DNA of 64,000 nt from an uncultured virus (IMG/VR IMGVR_UViG_3300010885_019006) (IMGVR_UViG_3300010885_019006:1-64000); one strand, 5' to 3'. Positions 42,318 through 52,601 are shown, counted from the first letter of the stretch. Numbers and translations are program-made. The notes: generated from the letters alone by a model not told the origin.

Positions 42318-43034
42318 ATGACACTACCTAAACTTGACAAGCCGCTATTTGAACTTACAATTCCTTCAACCAAACAGCCGATTCTATTCAGACCATTTAC
42401 AGTCAAGGAAGAAAAAATTCTTCTCATGGGTCAACAGAGCGGTACTGAAAAAGATATTATTCTTGCAATCAAGCAAGTTATCCAGAATTGTTGCCAAGCT
42501 GATCGTGATCTAAATGTTGATAGGCTTGCTACATTTGATCTCGAGTTCATCTTCCTCAAGCTTAGATCAATGTCGGTAAATAACGTCATTAATGTATCTT
42601 ATAGAGATAATGAAGATGATAAGATTTATGACTTTGAGATTGATCTAGACCAGGTTATTGTAACTAATCTTGAAACTGTAATCTCCAATCGGATTGAAAT
42701 CACGGATACTATTGGTATGCTTATGTCATATCCATCAGTCAAGATTCTTGAGAATGTGCCAGAAAATAGTACAGTAACTGAACTAACTGAATATCTCATT
42801 CGTTCATGTATTGAATCTGTATATGATGAGAACACCGTATATCCTGCAAATGAAGTCGACTCTGATGAACTTGCAGCATGGCTAGATGATCTTAATGTAG
42901 AGACATTTGACAAAATCAAAGCATTCTTTGATAATATTCCTCAGATGTATTATAAGATCGAATATACTAATTCATTAGGCTCTAAGCGTAAGATTGAACT
43001 TACTACGTTAAATGATTTTTTTACCTGGCGTTGA
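42318..43034 (+). CDS. 26: Baseplate hub assembly chaperone
   Basis: LPK...PST...FRPFTVKEEKILL and FDLEFIFLKLRSMS motifs. Confidence 0.9.
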   Translation: MTLPKLDKPLFELTIPSTKQPILFRPFTVKEEKILLMGQQSGTEKDIILAIKQVIQNCCQADRDLNVDRLATFDLEFIFLKLRSMSVNNVINVSYRDNEDDKIYDFEIDLDQVIVTNLETVISNRIEITDTIGMLMSYPSVKILENVPENSTVTELTEYLIRSCIESVYDENTVYPANEVDSDELAAWLDDLNVETFDKIKAFFDNIPQMYYKIEYTNSLGSKRKIELTTLNDFFTWR

Positions 43035-43204
43035 GTCATAACACATTAGCAAACTATTATACTACTATTTTTGCTATGGCTCAACATCATAAATACTCAA
43101 TTACCGAAATAGAAGACATGTTACCTTTTGAACGAGATCTTTACATTGATCTCCTTATGGCATATTTAGATAAAGAAAAAAATAAGTTGACAGAGGAAAT
43201 CTAA
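43031..43204 (+). CDS. 51: Baseplate hub assembly catalyst (57 aa; not in the ORF track)
   Basis: Manual translation LSHNTLANYYTTIFAMAQHHKYSITEIEDMLPFERDLYIDLLMAYLDKEK, matching the gp51 QHHKYS..EIE.M.P.ER motif. Confidence 0.85.
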   Translation: MSHNTLANYYTTIFAMAQHHKYSITEIEDMLPFERDLYIDLLMAYLDKEKNKLTEEI

Positions 43205-44863
43205 GTGAAGCTCCCGACTATCAAGGGCATTAAATCACCGATAACAAATACCAAGCGAGTGGTTGCTCCAACTACTGAGAGACGTGCTGCCGCTCAAAAG
43301 CGTCTCAATTCCATGAAACGGAAGCAGTTTGCTAAAAACTTCCTATCAAGATATGGGCTTGATGAAACAAATATCGGTAAGACTAAACTATTTACTGAGA
43401 CACTAGGTATCTTTTCACCACAGACTTCACGTAATAGATCCAATAATGTCAATATACCAAATCTAGATACGCCAACTAGAGTATCTAATGATAATAGTCC
43501 TACCCTACAAACACTTGAAAAACAATTTAATCTGATTGCCAATCAACTTAAAATACTTGAGTCAATTACAAAGAAGCAACAAGATAATTTTGTATCACAA
43601 CTATTATCAAACGAATCATCTAATAAAGAATCTATTCTAGAGTCTGGTAAACATGGTGACTTAGAGCCAGGTGGTTCAAATCTAGAACTAGAACCATTAA
43701 ATGATGAAATAGCAAAACTTTCAAATTCAATTAGCTCATTAATAGATATACTAGATGAAAAAGCTCAGGAGTCTAATGGTAATAGTTTCTTAGATAATCT
43801 AAAAGAACGTTATGGTTTTGAGAAACCAAAAGTTGGTAAAGCAGATAAAGCCGCAAGAGCGGCCAGACGTGAAGCCAGTATGGTTGAAAAGCTTGCGGCT
43901 AATGATAATATATCAAAGATAAGTAAAACAGGACGATTAGGTAAAGCAGCAGACGTAATAGGTAGAGGGATTAGATCTGGAACTCAGGCGGCATCCAGAC
44001 TCGGTGGTTCTACTTCTAAAGCAATTGAAAAACTAGCGGCACCAATTATAGAAAAAGGTCTTGGTAAAACTGTACTTAAATCTATTCCAATATTAGGTGC
44101 TGCCGCTGGTGCAGGCTTTGCTATTGGACGACTACTTGAAGGTGATGTTATTGGTGCTGGATTGGATGCAGCATCAGGTCTTGGTGGGCCTTTAACTGCA
44201 ATTCCAGCATTTGTTGCTAGTACAGTACGTGACATATATTCAGCAATGTATGGCATTCAACCTGAAGAAGACCCAAATGCTGGTGATCGAATGTCAGAAA
44301 TAACCACAGTAGTTAAAGGTCTTGTTTCAGCAGCTCTAGGTAAAAGTATTGATGCTCGCCCATCACCACCTGCAGATTCAGCAAGTAATGGAGTAAAAGG
44401 ACAAGCCGCTACTGTGATGAAGAATGCAGGATTCTCTTCCGGAGATGGAAGTTTTGGAGGTGGTGGTTCTTCTGGTTCGTTTGATACGGGTGTGAGTAAG
44501 GCACCTGCAGCAGAATCTACGCCAGCCACACCTTCAGCGGCGGTAGCAAGTGAATCTAAAGTTCAAGCTGGAACTGCCGCAGAATCTAGTGTTAAAGCCG
44601 CAACTGCTGCACCAGTAAGTGAATCTAATGTTCAAGCTACACCAGTAAGTAAACCAACACAAGACATGAATAGTACACAGCTCATTCAAAAATCACAACA
44701 GAATGAAGAAATGCAACAACCACAACTAATTGCTATAAATGACAATACTAATCTACCATCTCCACAAAAAGTAATTACCAAACAAGGTAAAGCTAGTGTT
44801 GGTAATGTTCCTGATCCTACATATCATTTATCAATGTCATTAGCTAAACAGCTATATTTTTAA
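43205..44863 (+). CDS. Tape-measure-like / hub protein
   Basis: Follows gp26-gp51; helical, with a KSIPILGAAAGAGFAIGRLLEGD amphipathic segment. Confidence 0.55.
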   Translation: MKLPTIKGIKSPITNTKRVVAPTTERRAAAQKRLNSMKRKQFAKNFLSRYGLDETNIGKTKLFTETLGIFSPQTSRNRSNNVNIPNLDTPTRVSNDNSPTLQTLEKQFNLIANQLKILESITKKQQDNFVSQLLSNESSNKESILESGKHGDLEPGGSNLELEPLNDEIAKLSNSISSLIDILDEKAQESNGNSFLDNLKERYGFEKPKVGKADKAARAARREASMVEKLAANDNISKISKTGRLGKAADVIGRGIRSGTQAASRLGGSTSKAIEKLAAPIIEKGLGKTVLKSIPILGAAAGAGFAIGRLLEGDVIGAGLDAASGLGGPLTAIPAFVASTVRDIYSAMYGIQPEEDPNAGDRMSEITTVVKGLVSAALGKSIDARPSPPADSASNGVKGQAATVMKNAGFSSGDGSFGGGGSSGSFDTGVSKAPAAESTPATPSAAVASESKVQAGTAAESSVKAATAAPVSESNVQATPVSKPTQDMNSTQLIQKSQQNEEMQQPQLIAINDNTNLPSPQKVITKQGKASVGNVPDPTYHLSMSLAKQLYF

Positions 44864-44872
44864 GGCCATTTA

Positions 44873-46801
44873 ATGCTTGCTCAATTAGAACAATATGATG
44901 ATCAAGATCTTAAAGCAATTTATAGTAAGATAAAGCTATTTGATGACCCAAAAGAAATAAAGAAAGTTTCTAATGTCGTCACACAACAGCGCAATTCACT
45001 TAGTGCAATCAATACTTATAATAACAATATACTCAAGCTTGTTGATTCATCACAGTTAAGTAAAGCCAATGCAAGAAATGAGAGTATTCTAGAGCAATCT
45101 AAGACTTCTAATGATAATAGTCCCAACTTAGTTAATGCCAAACCTACTGCGTTACTTTCATCTTTACAGAATCTAACTAAATTAGTAGATACACTAAATG
45201 AAAAAATGAAAATGACGGATCTATCAGGATCGGTGCAAATGATGCCAGAGCTTGGTATTGCTAAGAATATAGGAAAGGCCGTAGCAGTTGCAGGTGCTGT
45301 AGCTATTGGAACTGCAGTACTTTCCAGACCAGATCAAACATCGGATAAACTTAATAGAACCGCGGGTAATGCAATCCAAAAATCAGATCAAAGATTAGAA
45401 ACTACCAAAGTATCTGAACAAAGTTTTGCTAGTCAGTTTGCTAATTTTATGGCTAGTCTATTTACAGGCGGATTAATTGGTGGAGCTATTAATGCAGTAA
45501 CTGGTGGTGGCGAAGATTATAGCAATCTAAAGCCTGCTGGAGATTCTGCTCATGCTGGTCAAGCTATGTCATTCTTTCAATCAAAAGGCTGGACAAAAGA
45601 ACAAGCAGCAGGTATCGTAGGTAATCTACAACAAGAATCAAAAGCAGATCTAGATCCTAATGCAAAAAACGAAATTGGAATGTATGGTATTGCTCAATGG
45701 GATACCGACAGACGAAATAAATTTAATCTTCTATATGGTAAGTCAATTTATGGATCTTCATTCGAAGAGCAACTCAATTACGTTCAATATGAACTAACTG
45801 AAGGGTCACGTAAGGGAGCAGGTAATAGATTAAAAGCAGCTAGAGACCCTAAGGAAGCTGCATTAATAGTAAATAAGTATTATGAAGGTGCAGAAGGCCA
45901 AGCAGATGGCAAACGAATTGCAAATGCTATTGCTCTAGCAGGTGGTGACTATGAAAAGACTACATCTTCAAAGAATGTAAATGTAAGTACTTCTGCTGCC
46001 CGAAAAGGTACTATTTGGAAAGGTCGAGACAAGAGTGGTCTAATTACCTTTGTTAGTAAGACAAATGATCCGCGTAATGGTAAGGTAAAATACGAGACTT
46101 GGACTAATCAAGATTCTACTCATTATCCAATAAGTGAAGAAGATGCAAATACGCAAATTAAAAGTAGAAAACTAACATCTAATAATACAGCATTACAAAA
46201 AGATGCTCAAAGATCTTCAGGATATACTATAACTGGCTCATATGGTACAGATAGAGGTGACCATATACACGGTGGTGTAGATATTAAAGCTTCCATAGGA
46301 ACACCTGTATATAGTATTATGGATGGTATCATATCTAGATCAGAATATTCTAAAACATATGGCAATGTAATTTATGTAGATCATACTGATGGAACACAAA
46401 CTAGATATGCACATTTATCTCAACGTATGGGATCTAAAGGTCAAAGAGTATCGGCAGGACAATTAATTGGTAAATCTGGTAATACAGGTCGTTCTGAAGG
46501 AGAACATTTACATTTTGAAGTCAGAAAAAATGGTCAATCTATAAATCCGTCTGGTTATGGAAATCCATTAAATGGAAATCCTGATCAAGTACAATCAGGA
46601 CAACCAAGATCACAACAAATGTTGGCGACATCAACACAAAGTGCAATGAATAAAGCTCATACTAAAAGACATGCGCCTACTATCATAGTTAAGAATAATA
46701 TGATTACAAAAAATGTGAAACAGCCAATGATTGCATCTCAGAGCTCACAAACTAAACAGATGATTAGACCAACCACTGAGTACTTTGATTATCTAATCTA
46801 A
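44873..46801 (+). CDS. Virion-associated peptidoglycan hydrolase (phage tail lysozyme plus M23 peptidase)
   Basis: AAGIVGNLQQES...GIAQW (Phage_lysozyme2 type) and HGGVD...YAHL...HLHFEVR (M23). Confidence 0.88.
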   Translation: MLAQLEQYDDQDLKAIYSKIKLFDDPKEIKKVSNVVTQQRNSLSAINTYNNNILKLVDSSQLSKANARNESILEQSKTSNDNSPNLVNAKPTALLSSLQNLTKLVDTLNEKMKMTDLSGSVQMMPELGIAKNIGKAVAVAGAVAIGTAVLSRPDQTSDKLNRTAGNAIQKSDQRLETTKVSEQSFASQFANFMASLFTGGLIGGAINAVTGGGEDYSNLKPAGDSAHAGQAMSFFQSKGWTKEQAAGIVGNLQQESKADLDPNAKNEIGMYGIAQWDTDRRNKFNLLYGKSIYGSSFEEQLNYVQYELTEGSRKGAGNRLKAARDPKEAALIVNKYYEGAEGQADGKRIANAIALAGGDYEKTTSSKNVNVSTSAARKGTIWKGRDKSGLITFVSKTNDPRNGKVKYETWTNQDSTHYPISEEDANTQIKSRKLTSNNTALQKDAQRSSGYTITGSYGTDRGDHIHGGVDIKASIGTPVYSIMDGIISRSEYSKTYGNVIYVDHTDGTQTRYAHLSQRMGSKGQRVSAGQLIGKSGNTGRSEGEHLHFEVRKNGQSINPSGYGNPLNGNPDQVQSGQPRSQQMLATSTQSAMNKAHTKRHAPTIIVKNNMITKNVKQPMIASQSSQTKQMIRPTTEYFDYLI

Positions 46802-46803
46802 TA

Positions 46804-46830
46804 AAAAGGGGAGCTTCGGCTCCCCAATTT
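46804..46830. terminator. Bidirectional intrinsic terminator
   Basis: aaaaa-GGGGAGC-TTCG-GCTCCCC-aattt between convergent genes. Confidence 0.85.
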
Positions 46831-46832
46831 AT

Positions 46833-47732
46833 TTAATCTTCTTCATCTACCAAACCTCGGAAGAATTCAAGGTCATCGTCATCATCAGCAGAGCTTGTTT
46901 CGGCAAGCTTAGGGGCCGAAGCGGACTTAGGTTCCCAGGCAGGAGCTTCTTCAGCAGGAGCACGGTTCTTTGCAGGAGCACTAGTAGAAGATCTACCAAG
47001 TGCTTTATCAAGCTTGATCTTGAGTTCATCATAAGTCTTAAAGTTCTTACGATCTAGAAGAGCCTGAAGGGAATGTTCCTTCTTGTAGATTGCCTCTAGT
47101 TCATCATCATCTTCACTCAATGGTGCAGGTGTATCAAATTCAGACTTATCATAATTTGGATAACCTTCAAGCTTACGAATCTTGAGCTTGAAGTTAGCGC
47201 CAGTCCATAGATCAAATGGATTAACAGGCTTTTCATCTGCAAAAGCTTCTGAAGGATTCATCACATCATTTAACTTATCAAAGATCTTCTTACCGTACTT
47301 GAAAAGGAAAACCTTTCCTTCATTTTCTGGGTTAGCAGGATCCTTAACAATGTAGACGTTTGAGTAGTAGGAGAGGCGGCGCTTCTGTTTACGAACAGTT
47401 TCCTTGTCTGCGTCTAGACCTGTATTCCAGAGCTGTGAATTATGCTCACCAATCGGATCATTTTCACCGAATGTGGTTAGAGAGCGCTCAATATACCAAC
47501 CGCCTGGTCCTTGAAATCCGTGATCCCAAATACGAACGAATGGAACATCTTCACCTTCTGGTGCTGGGAGAAATCTAATAACTGCGTAACCATTACCTAC
47601 CTTATCTGTAGCAGGCTTCCAGAGATTTTCAATCTCGTTGTTGTCGTAGTTATTGGAATTGAGCTTAGTTAGCTCTTTTGTGAGTTTCTCAAAGTTGGAA
47701 CTCGAATTGCGCTTAAGATTTGCAAACGACAT
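46833..47732 (-). CDS. 32: Single-stranded DNA-binding protein
   Basis: GNGYAVIRFLP, HGFQGPGGWYIE and GANFKLKIRK...NYDKSEF motifs, with an acidic tail. Confidence 0.96.
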   Translation of the reverse strand: MSFANLKRNSSSNFEKLTKELTKLNSNNYDNNEIENLWKPATDKVGNGYAVIRFLPAPEGEDVPFVRIWDHGFQGPGGWYIERSLTTFGENDPIGEHNSQLWNTGLDADKETVRKQKRRLSYYSNVYIVKDPANPENEGKVFLFKYGKKIFDKLNDVMNPSEAFADEKPVNPFDLWTGANFKLKIRKLEGYPNYDKSEFDTPAPLSEDDDELEAIYKKEHSLQALLDRKNFKTYDELKIKLDKALGRSSTSAPAKNRAPAEEAPAWEPKSASAPKLAETSSADDDDDLEFFRGLVDEED

Positions 47733-47809
47733 ATTATTTCCTTTTACGTTGTATAGTTGTTTACGATTGATTTCACATAGTCATAATGACATACTATATA
47801 TACAAGCAC

Positions 47810-48385
47810 TCAGATATCAAACGCAGAACTTAGAATCTTTTTACATTTCTCAAAGTCAAAATCTACGAATGGTTTGTATTTTTGAATCTTGTTATATAGT
47901 TCTGGCCAGAGAACTGTATCAGTTATTTCTCTGTTCCAATATGGGAAGAAGTTGACCAGGCTATTAAGAATAACCATAGTCTCAATACTGACAATCCCTT
48001 GTCGGTATAGCTTTAGTAAGAGTGGATGCTGTCCATCTTTTACTATAAGATTGTTCTGAAAGTCTGATTCCAGATTGTTTAGTTCTTGTTGAAAGTTATA
48101 TGTAAGTGATTGCTGTCTCTTGAGCCAATCTGTGTAGGTCTTTTCGGCTGTTTCATCAAGTAGATCACCAATCCACTTTACATCACGACTGATGAAGTTT
48201 GCTACCAAGTATTGTTCTGGGTCTTTATGTTTGGAGAGTTTATGAAACTGGTACTTATCTTTACGAGTATCAAATGAACTCTGTCCTACATTTACCTTCC
48301 CTTGATATTTGAAATAATCGTATCCTTTCTGGCTGAAGTGATTCTTCATAGCCAGATATGTTCTGTAAGCGTCGAAAGGTTGCAT
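47810..48385 (-). CDS. 59: Helicase loader
   Basis: YLAMKNHF..YDYFKYQGKV...RKDKYQF motif. Confidence 0.9.
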   Translation of the reverse strand: MQPFDAYRTYLAMKNHFSQKGYDYFKYQGKVNVGQSSFDTRKDKYQFHKLSKHKDPEQYLVANFISRDVKWIGDLLDETAEKTYTDWLKRQQSLTYNFQQELNNLESDFQNNLIVKDGQHPLLLKLYRQGIVSIETMVILNSLVNFFPYWNREITDTVLWPELYNKIQKYKPFVDFDFEKCKKILSSAFDI

Positions 48386-48448
48386 TACTTCACCATATTA
48401 AGAATTGTACCTAGAGCAAAACAGAAACTACCTAGAAGGTAGAACCAA

Positions 48449-48643
48449 TTACTCATCTTCACCAATCCACTCACCATTTTCATCAGTATATCCATAGTCA
48501 GCCAGAAGTTGTGCTGCTCCCTCAGGATCATCACCTTCAAGTAGGCCATAAATGACATAAGCAAGTTGGTCTGCTTTTTCAGCGTGTTTACTTACATGGT
48601 CTAGAGCAGTATCTAGCATAGTGAAATAAGGATCCTTATTCAT
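48449..48643 (-). CDS. Hypothetical protein
   Basis: 64-aa acidic ORF coupled to gp33. Confidence 0.55.
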   Translation of the reverse strand: MNKDPYFTMLDTALDHVSKHAEKADQLAYVIYGLLEGDDPEGAAQLLADYGYTDENGEWIGEDE

Positions 48644-48891
48644 CAGAACTGCAACTTTGCACGCTTGGGTAGAAAGTTTAGTGATTCTGCATCAGACTGC
48701 AGCCGTGATTTAATTCTAGCATTCGACTTAATCATTGCGGCTGCAGTCTCAATTTCAAGATTATTCTTTTCACAATAATAAACAATTGCATCTATTGTGT
48801 CAATCTTGAATTGCCTAACAATATTGTCAAGTTCGGAAACAAACTTTTCCGCGGTTAGTCCGTTGTTTATTATCAAATCATTATCAGTCAT
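48643..48891 (-). CDS. 33: Late transcription co-activator
   Basis: IDAIVYYCEKNNLEIE...DAESLNFLPK motif. Confidence 0.88.
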   Translation of the reverse strand: MTDNDLIINNGLTAEKFVSELDNIVRQFKIDTIDAIVYYCEKNNLEIETAAAMIKSNARIKSRLQSDAESLNFLPKRAKLQF

Positions 48892-48894
48892 AAC

Positions 48895-49338
48895 TTATCC
48901 TCGATAAAATGTGTGTTTTCCAATTGTCACTGCATTTGTATATAATCTAGATGATCTATTGGTATAAGAATGAAAAAAGAGAGCACCATGTGTAATATCT
49001 TGTATATTATTACTATACACTCTACTTGCAAGTTGTAATGCTCGATTGTATAAAGAAAGTTCTCTGATCTGAATTCTAGTGCAGACCCAGGAGAATTGAC
49101 AAGATCTATGAGTCTTTTGTTTGATTACTGCACAAGGTGTAGTGGGAAAGCGGCCAGATCTTATTCGATTCATTACCACATTACCTACAGCAATCATGCC
49201 CTTGTCGGATTCCCCGCGCGCTTCGTGATACATACTTTGTGCTAGACAGATTATTTGTGGATTTGTTTCCGCATGAGCGAAAGATATTGTAAAAAATGCA
49301 ACAAGGATTGTTGCTAGTATTTTAATTGTTCGTAACAT
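48895..49338 (-). CDS. SleB-like cell wall hydrolase (Hydrolase_2) with signal peptide
   Basis: CLAQSMYHEARGE...AVGNVVMNR...CQFSW...GALFFH...IGKHTFY. Confidence 0.9.
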   Translation of the reverse strand: MLRTIKILATILVAFFTISFAHAETNPQIICLAQSMYHEARGESDKGMIAVGNVVMNRIRSGRFPTTPCAVIKQKTHRSCQFSWVCTRIQIRELSLYNRALQLASRVYSNNIQDITHGALFFHSYTNRSSRLYTNAVTIGKHTFYRG

Positions 49339-49558
49339 AGTCGTCTCATAGTTCTAATGACTAGACGACTTAATCGCTATATGAAGAGTACTTACTTAAC
49401 TTTTGTATCTTCTATATCCATTCCCCTCTTACATAGGAATGCTGGTCATTAGTGTTTTTGTCGGTGGATAATCCTAGGATTATCCGCTTTCTTGCCACAT
49501 AAGGACGTGAAGCTGTGTAAGAGTAGTAATGAAACCAAAAGATTCCATTTAGAAAGTG
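49339..49558 (-). ncRNA. Structured 220-nt 5' leader between the late promoter and the hydrolase gene
   Basis: No ORF; complementary pairs CTCTTACA/TGTAAGAG, CTAATGAC/GTCATTAG, CATTCC/GGAATG, AGTCGTCT/AGACGACT and GGATAATC/GATTATCC. Confidence 0.55.
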
Positions 49559-49605
49559 TATTTATACTTCCTATAGTTGTGTTATATTACAATAACATAA
49601 AAATG

Positions 49606-50100
49606 TCAACCAATTGTTTTACGTACTGCCATTAAGACTTGACCTAACCAATTAGTTCCTTGCCAATTTCTACTATCTTCAATTAAAGGATCATCCCAAG
49701 CTAACTTTACTCCCCAAACTGGATCATAAATTGCACCTTCTACTAAATATCGATTCTCTGTATTAAGAAGATATGATTTAAAGAAGTCAGTGCTAGTGAA
49801 CTTGGCTACATTTCCTTCATAGACAATATCACGAGCATTCTCATTCCAAACATCTGGATTAAAACCTCGTACTTGTCTACCAAGTTGTTTCTGTTCTTTT
49901 GGATTAGTAGAACGCATAATGGCAAGAAAAACTTCTTCATCATTAAAGAGAAGAGCCTTTCCTGCCATCATGTATTGTTCGCAAGTATTAAAAGAATGAA
50001 AGCCAGCATCTAGAATCTTAGCTTTGAATGGTGATGCATACCATTGACTTAATGGACCACCAACAAAATAGACGTGTGTATCAGTCCGGCGTTCTTTCAT
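49606..50100 (-). CDS. NADAR (YbiA-like) family protein
   Basis: LSQWY...EQYMMAGKALLF...KQLGRQV..F...D.VWG...GTNWLGQVLM. Confidence 0.9.
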   Translation of the reverse strand: MKERRTDTHVYFVGGPLSQWYASPFKAKILDAGFHSFNTCEQYMMAGKALLFNDEEVFLAIMRSTNPKEQKQLGRQVRGFNPDVWNENARDIVYEGNVAKFTSTDFFKSYLLNTENRYLVEGAIYDPVWGVKLAWDDPLIEDSRNWQGTNWLGQVLMAVRKTIG

Positions 50101-50387
50101 TAGTCGCCGTCCATTACATCAGGACGAACATTACTTTTATCAAGCAACTTGTCCGCATATTCAACTGCAGCCACTGCAAGTGTTGCAGTCTTAATCATTT
50201 GTTGTCTAAAATTATGAATTGTAGCTTCTGAATATGGCTTTAAGCCACCAGGAAACCATCTAGTTGAATGGTTGCTAATATAACCTACAAAATCCATAGG
50301 TGTGTTTAGTGTATCGTCGGTCTTAGAACCCCACTTAGTCTTCTGATATTCACGTTCTTGTTTTAGTTCTTCTAAAATTTTATCCAT
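50100..50387 (-). CDS. Possible MazG-like all-alpha nucleotide pyrophosphatase
   Basis: EREYQKTKWG...QMIKTATLAVAAVE pattern. Confidence 0.5.
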   Translation of the reverse strand: MDKILEELKQEREYQKTKWGSKTDDTLNTPMDFVGYISNHSTRWFPGGLKPYSEATIHNFRQQMIKTATLAVAAVEYADKLLDKSNVRPDVMDGD

Positions 50388-50399
50388 AGTTATAAGTCC

Positions 50400-51068
50400 T
50401 TATTTTGCGTCTAGTGTCATATCCATTGCCGCACCAGTAGTAGCATAGGTTGATGAATTCATAACAAATGAAGCAGTCATACCTTTACGCTGATTGAGAT
50501 CATTGAGATCAAAATTGCGCATCTTGGTCATTTCAAGACCTGCTGAAGCTGTATATTGAGCAACATCGAAGTTTGCACCAAGGAAGATGACTTCCCACTT
50601 CAACAATGTTAGAATCTTGACCTTATTCTTGATTGTAGCAGCAGTATATTCCTTCGAAGTATTTTCCATACCATCAGTCATGATAACTACCACAGTACGA
50701 TCTGCATTGTTAGCCAAAGCAAGATCCATTACATGTGCAGCAGCATCATAAAGTGGAGTCATACCAGATGGAGATAGAACATTGGAATCAATTGGTGTAA
50801 AGTATGCAATGCTCTGAGCAGTTACAATATTCTCAAGCCTAATCTTTTCATTTGACTTATAAGATTGAAATGTCTGCCCCTGAGCATTAACAGCATTTGG
50901 AACATTTATACTGTCAAAAGCTACAAGTGTGATTTCACCTTCGATCTTCTCATCTTGAAGACCCTTGACGTAATCATTAAATGATGCAATAGCATTAGTC
51001 CACTTTTCACCTGACATAGAGCCAGAACGATCAAGTGCAGCAAAAATAGATAGAGTTTTCTTTGTCAT
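50400..51068 (-). CDS. vWA domain protein
   Basis: LDRSGSM (MIDAS), TPLYDA, MTDGMEN.S.E and FLGAN motifs. Confidence 0.9.
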   Translation of the reverse strand: MTKKTLSIFAALDRSGSMSGEKWTNAIASFNDYVKGLQDEKIEGEITLVAFDSINVPNAVNAQGQTFQSYKSNEKIRLENIVTAQSIAYFTPIDSNVLSPSGMTPLYDAAAHVMDLALANNADRTVVVIMTDGMENTSKEYTAATIKNKVKILTLLKWEVIFLGANFDVAQYTASAGLEMTKMRNFDLNDLNQRKGMTASFVMNSSTYATTGAAMDMTLDAK

Positions 51069-51083
51069 ATAGTTTCCCTTCTC

Positions 51084-51115
51084 AAAATAAATGGGAGACC
51101 CGAAGAATCTCCCAT
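51084..51115 (-). terminator. Intrinsic terminator after the Ro60-like gene
   Basis: ATGGGAGATTC-TTCG-GGTCTCCCAT-TTATTTT on the minus strand. Confidence 0.75.
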
Positions 51116-51122
51116 AGTTAAC

Positions 51123-52532
51123 TTAAACAGTATATCGGTCTGACATAACTGCTTTCTTCATAATACCTTCTGGGGTAAAACCTTCCATATCAGCCGCAAG
51201 AACAGCTTTTAGTATGTGGGTATTAAATCCAGATACAAGAGCAACACCCTTAGTATCAAACTTAACTGGGACATTGTCCGCAGCATTTAGGTTCCAGAAC
51301 ACAATCTGTGGCACTTCATATCCAGCCTCTGTGTACTTACGACGGATCATCTGCATTGCAGAATCATCATAACGAGTGCAGCTGTTAAACTGCATGTCTG
51401 ACATGATTAGAAGAACCTGTGGCATATCTTTTGCAGGCACATCATTTTCTCTAGCGACACGTAGAATTTCTTCAAACGCCTTGTTAAGGTCAGTTGACAT
51501 ATTCCATTCAGTCTGACTCATTTGAGCAATCTTCTGGGATAGAGTACCAGTTAGGTGAACGAACTCAGAGTTTGTCGAGAAGGTAAGAAACAGATCCTTA
51601 AAAGGACCAGTGTTCTTATCAGAGCAATAAAGACCAAGGGATATTGCAACATCAAGACAAGTTACAGTCGACTTAGAACCGTAACCACCAGCTGGAGTGC
51701 TCATTGAACCAGATACGTCTACAACTGGCATGACCATTGCATCGCCGATAAAGTTTGGAAGAGCTTTCCACTGCTCATCAGCAAGATCAGAATCACCATA
51801 CTTTATGTTCTTAGTGATGTCATATGGATATACGGCACCTGCATTTACCTTGACTGACTTGTCACCACTCTTGAGCTTTGTCTTGAACTCGGTGAACGAA
51901 TCAGAAGCATTCTTACCGAATGCCTTTGAGTAGCGGCTCATAGCAAGTGATGGAACGTGTGAGAAGTTAATCTCATCCCACTGCTTTGAACACATCTGGG
52001 TCTCAACTACCTTTGTAAGCTCAACTAGTCGCTTACGGTAGTACTTTGGAGACCAACCAAAGGTCTGACGAAGCTCAACTGCAAGAGGGCCCTTTCTTGG
52101 AAGCCACTTGCTGCAGAGACCATTTCCAGCATCAAGTGCTTCCTTGATCATTCCATATGCTTTATCCTTGACGGCAGCATTTGTAAAGACAAGAAGATCA
52201 TCCCAACGACCAAGCTCAACTGTATTCTTTAGAAGGTTAGTTTCAAGAAGAACTTCTGGCCGAGTCTTTTCAAGATACTTTAGAACCTGACGATAAAGCT
52301 CGCGTTCACCTGCACCACCACGAGCATCACGTGCCCACTGTGCAATACGAAGTGCAATATCAGGATTCTCTTGGAAAGCCTTTTCGAACTGAGCGGTAAT
52401 ATCCTTTCCTCTTGATGCGCCTATCTTGAAGAAAAGATCTGTAGTGTTGGAAAGAGTAGACTTGATAGCTTTCATACCGTTCCAGGTACGAGTTGCAACG
52501 GTTGTATTTAGTACAGCATTTTTAAAAGACAT
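51123..52532 (-). CDS. Ro60/TROVE-like helical ring plus vWA protein (DUF2828-type)
   Basis: ARDARGGAGER, GRWDDL, KWLPR, VETQM, VPSLAM, DVSGSM (MIDAS), SDMQFN and VFWNL motifs. Confidence 0.85.
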   Translation of the reverse strand: MSFKNAVLNTTVATRTWNGMKAIKSTLSNTTDLFFKIGASRGKDITAQFEKAFQENPDIALRIAQWARDARGGAGERELYRQVLKYLEKTRPEVLLETNLLKNTVELGRWDDLLVFTNAAVKDKAYGMIKEALDAGNGLCSKWLPRKGPLAVELRQTFGWSPKYYRKRLVELTKVVETQMCSKQWDEINFSHVPSLAMSRYSKAFGKNASDSFTEFKTKLKSGDKSVKVNAGAVYPYDITKNIKYGDSDLADEQWKALPNFIGDAMVMPVVDVSGSMSTPAGGYGSKSTVTCLDVAISLGLYCSDKNTGPFKDLFLTFSTNSEFVHLTGTLSQKIAQMSQTEWNMSTDLNKAFEEILRVARENDVPAKDMPQVLLIMSDMQFNSCTRYDDSAMQMIRRKYTEAGYEVPQIVFWNLNAADNVPVKFDTKGVALVSGFNTHILKAVLAADMEGFTPEGIMKKAVMSDRYTV

Positions 52533-52549
52533 ATTTATTCTCCATATTA

Positions 52550-52601
52550 TACAGGTTAAAGTTTTGCGTTTGATGCAAGATATGTTGCGGAAGTTAACCT
52601 A
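52550..52601 (-). ncRNA. Y-RNA-like element 1 (minimal, 52 nt)
   Basis: TAGGTTAACTTCCGCAA...TTTAACCTGTA; terminal helix AGGTTAA/TTAACCT. Confidence 0.65.
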
